A stretch of DNA of 64,000 nt from Kiritimatiellia bacterium (GTDB lineage: Bacteria; Verrucomicrobiota; Kiritimatiellia; JAAZAB01). Below the pieces are notes generated by a model. That model searched no databases. It saw nothing but the letters and a program-made list of their open reading frames with translations, and was not told where the DNA came from. Shown here piece after piece: positions 62,435 through 64,000 of the stretch. The stretch's first letter is position 1. The number at the start of each line of letters is the position of its first letter. The stretch lies in the NCBI GenBank assembly GCA_040767085.1, contig JAXGPF010000003.1:64001-128000 (forward strand). The letters are read 5' to 3'. The position numbers and the translations under genes were made by a program.

Positions 62435-62498
62435 GCTCAGGCGCACCGGACGCCTGAAGCGACAGCGGAAGGCGGTACGGTGACGCCTGTTGTTCGGT
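62435..62498 (-). other. attC site with R' split by the mini-intron
   Basis: ACCGAAC...gcctgagc|GT; TCGAG lies beyond the element. Confidence 0.78.
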
Positions 62499-62502
62499 TC
62501 GC

Positions 62503-63138
62503 TCATTCCATCAAGATTGCTGCAAGACCTTTTTCAGGATCCAGTATGAGTCCCGCCAGAGCGAGGAGCAATGCCAAACCCTGGCAGATGACGAGTTTGT
62601 TAGTCCAATAGCGCCGTTGCGCCTTCAGGTGCAGAATCCCGTGCTCGGTTTGCTTCACCATGCTGAAAAAGCTATGACTGGCAGTTCCAAGCAGGGCTAC
62701 CCTGCGAGCAGAGAGTTCGCGAGCTCTGTTTGCCCAATCAGTCGGCAGCGGTTGAACCAATTCGTCGGGCGGAGGCTGGCGGATTGAAGCGAGGAGAAGA
62801 CAAATTGCCTCAGTCATGCTTTCGAGATAAGCGTGTGCTGAGGCCGCTTCCATTTGGCGAACATCGGCGACGTCTTTGTCAGACTTGAGGACTTGGAGTA
62901 TCCGCTTCGCCTGTGCACTCGAAACGCTCTGCCAACTGACATCGGCTGCGCGAGCCACCGCCTGATTCGCCTCCGTATGGGCGATTCTCAGGTCAGCAAT
63001 CAGTTTTTCCTTCTTTTCGATTCTACTTTCAAATAATAGAGGCACGACTGAAAAGCCGACCGTGGCAACGAGCAAGAGCGCCGCGGACGCTACGAGGCAC
63101 AGAATGTGGATCAATGGGATTGCTTCGAGTGCTGTCAT
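62503..63138 (-). CDS. Cassette: hypothetical protein with two TM helices
   Basis: Hydrophobic N- and C-terminal segments; between attC sites. Confidence 0.65.
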   Translation of the reverse strand: MTALEAIPLIHILCLVASAALLLVATVGFSVVPLLFESRIEKKEKLIADLRIAHTEANQAVARAADVSWQSVSSAQAKRILQVLKSDKDVADVRQMEAASAHAYLESMTEAICLLLASIRQPPPDELVQPLPTDWANRARELSARRVALLGTASHSFFSMVKQTEHGILHLKAQRRYWTNKLVICQGLALLLALAGLILDPEKGLAAILME

Positions 63139-63157
63139 CCTTTCATCTTTCTCTTGA

Positions 63158-63217
63158 ACCGAACGTCGCAAATCAGCGGCGCGGTTTACCGCGTACGCTG
63201 GATTTGTCTTGTTGGGT
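63158..63217 (-). other. attC site
   Basis: ACCCAAC-aagacaaatccagcg...cgctgatttgcgac-GTTCGGT. Confidence 0.85.
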
Positions 63218-63943
63218 TTCTCCATCTGTTGCGGTTGGAATGGCCTTGATTGCCTTCACACGTTGATCGTACTCGTACAGCGTGACCTTTATCTTCTGTC
63301 CTGTGTTGTCGCCTATGTATTGCGCGGCCGCGGCAAGCATGACGGGGAACACCTTTCTCAGGTCACCGGAAGAACCTGTGCTGAAGATGTCTGTCTTCCA
63401 AACCTGTTTCTCCTCTTCTGCCTTGCGGTACGCCGCAAGATCTAAAGCGTTGAGAGAAATGTAGCGGGTGAAGGTGACGTATGTTCCTGAGTATTGTCTG
63501 GAACCTACCACTCCATAGGTTGGGGTATGTGTTGTCGTCCCGGAATAGGTTGCGCTGTTTCCGTAGGAATACAGGGAACCGTATGTGTGCGACGAGGAGA
63601 CTCCAGTTTGCCCGTAAACGGGAGTCGAGTAGCTGTATTGATGTTGGGAAGGGTCAGAAATGTCGTAGTAGAGAAAGATGGCAATGTCAGCTTCGTCAAG
63701 ACCATCGGTCTTGATGAAGCCCTTCTGCTCAAGGGCACGATGGGTGTATGTTGCGAACTCCTGAAACTGGAGATCACCAGGGTTCACGCCCTTCTTTCCT
63801 GGAAACAAGAAGTACTTCCGGGCTGTGGGTTGGCCAGAACTGATGGAATCGATTCTTACATCGTAATGCGGCATCGTGGCGCAGCCAGAGCAAACCAGTA
63901 CAATCATCATTGGTACGATGGCCCATGACATGAAGTTCTTCAT
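63173..63943 (-). CDS. Cassette: lipoprotein (DUF4136-like)
   Basis: Lipobox VCSGC; RALEQKGF, ADIAI, VWK...S.GSSGDLR. Confidence 0.7.
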   Translation of the reverse strand: MKNFMSWAIVPMMIVLVCSGCATMPHYDVRIDSISSGQPTARKYFLFPGKKGVNPGDLQFQEFATYTHRALEQKGFIKTDGLDEADIAIFLYYDISDPSQHQYSYSTPVYGQTGVSSSHTYGSLYSYGNSATYSGTTTHTPTYGVVGSRQYSGTYVTFTRYISLNALDLAAYRKAEEEKQVWKTDIFSTGSSGDLRKVFPVMLAAAAQYIGDNTGQKIKVTLYEYDQRVKAIKAIPTATDGETQQDKSSVRGKPRR

Positions 63944-63960
63944 TCTCTTGTCTCCTCAAA

Positions 63961-63990
63961 CCCAACAGTATTATTGAGCCTACTTCGTGA
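63961..63990 (-). other. attI-like site 2
   Basis: Same 24-bp sequence as site 1, heading the first cassette; intI would lie beyond the window. Confidence 0.65.
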
Positions 63991-64000
63991 AATCTAACTG

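Overview
High-GC bacterial DNA. The gene content suggests a PVC-superphylum organism (Kiritimatiellae/Lentisphaerae-like); this is an inference. There are three parts. (1) About 2.3-44.7 kb is a co-directional (minus-strand) glycan/amino-sugar catabolic island with AraC regulators at both ends. It is built from repeated paralog families: four ~1070-aa CBM9-like/TIM-barrel/CBM proteins, three beta-helix choice-of-anchor-Q proteins, two GH20-zincin proteins and two pairs of unknown proteins, plus GH106, GH127, a sialidase-like protein, an AGE epimerase, amidohydrolases and an M24 peptidase. No transporter gene is visible. An ISL3 interrupts one beta-helix gene and several MITEs sit in the spacers; the ISL3 copy at the window start is itself hit by another copy. 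(2) 45.7-51.4 kb holds lysC, an SrkA/RdoA kinase, an amidohydrolase and a UroD-like gene. (3) 51.5-64 kb is an integron cassette array with seven cassettes, two attI-like sites and no intI in the window. It is split by a 6.4-kb restriction-modification block carrying a repeat-flanked GxxExxY gene. Two deleted group IIC intron derivatives sit at cassette crossover points in the same orientation as the cassettes. Several single-base frameshifts suggest long-read consensus errors, so pseudogene calls in part 3 are tentative.
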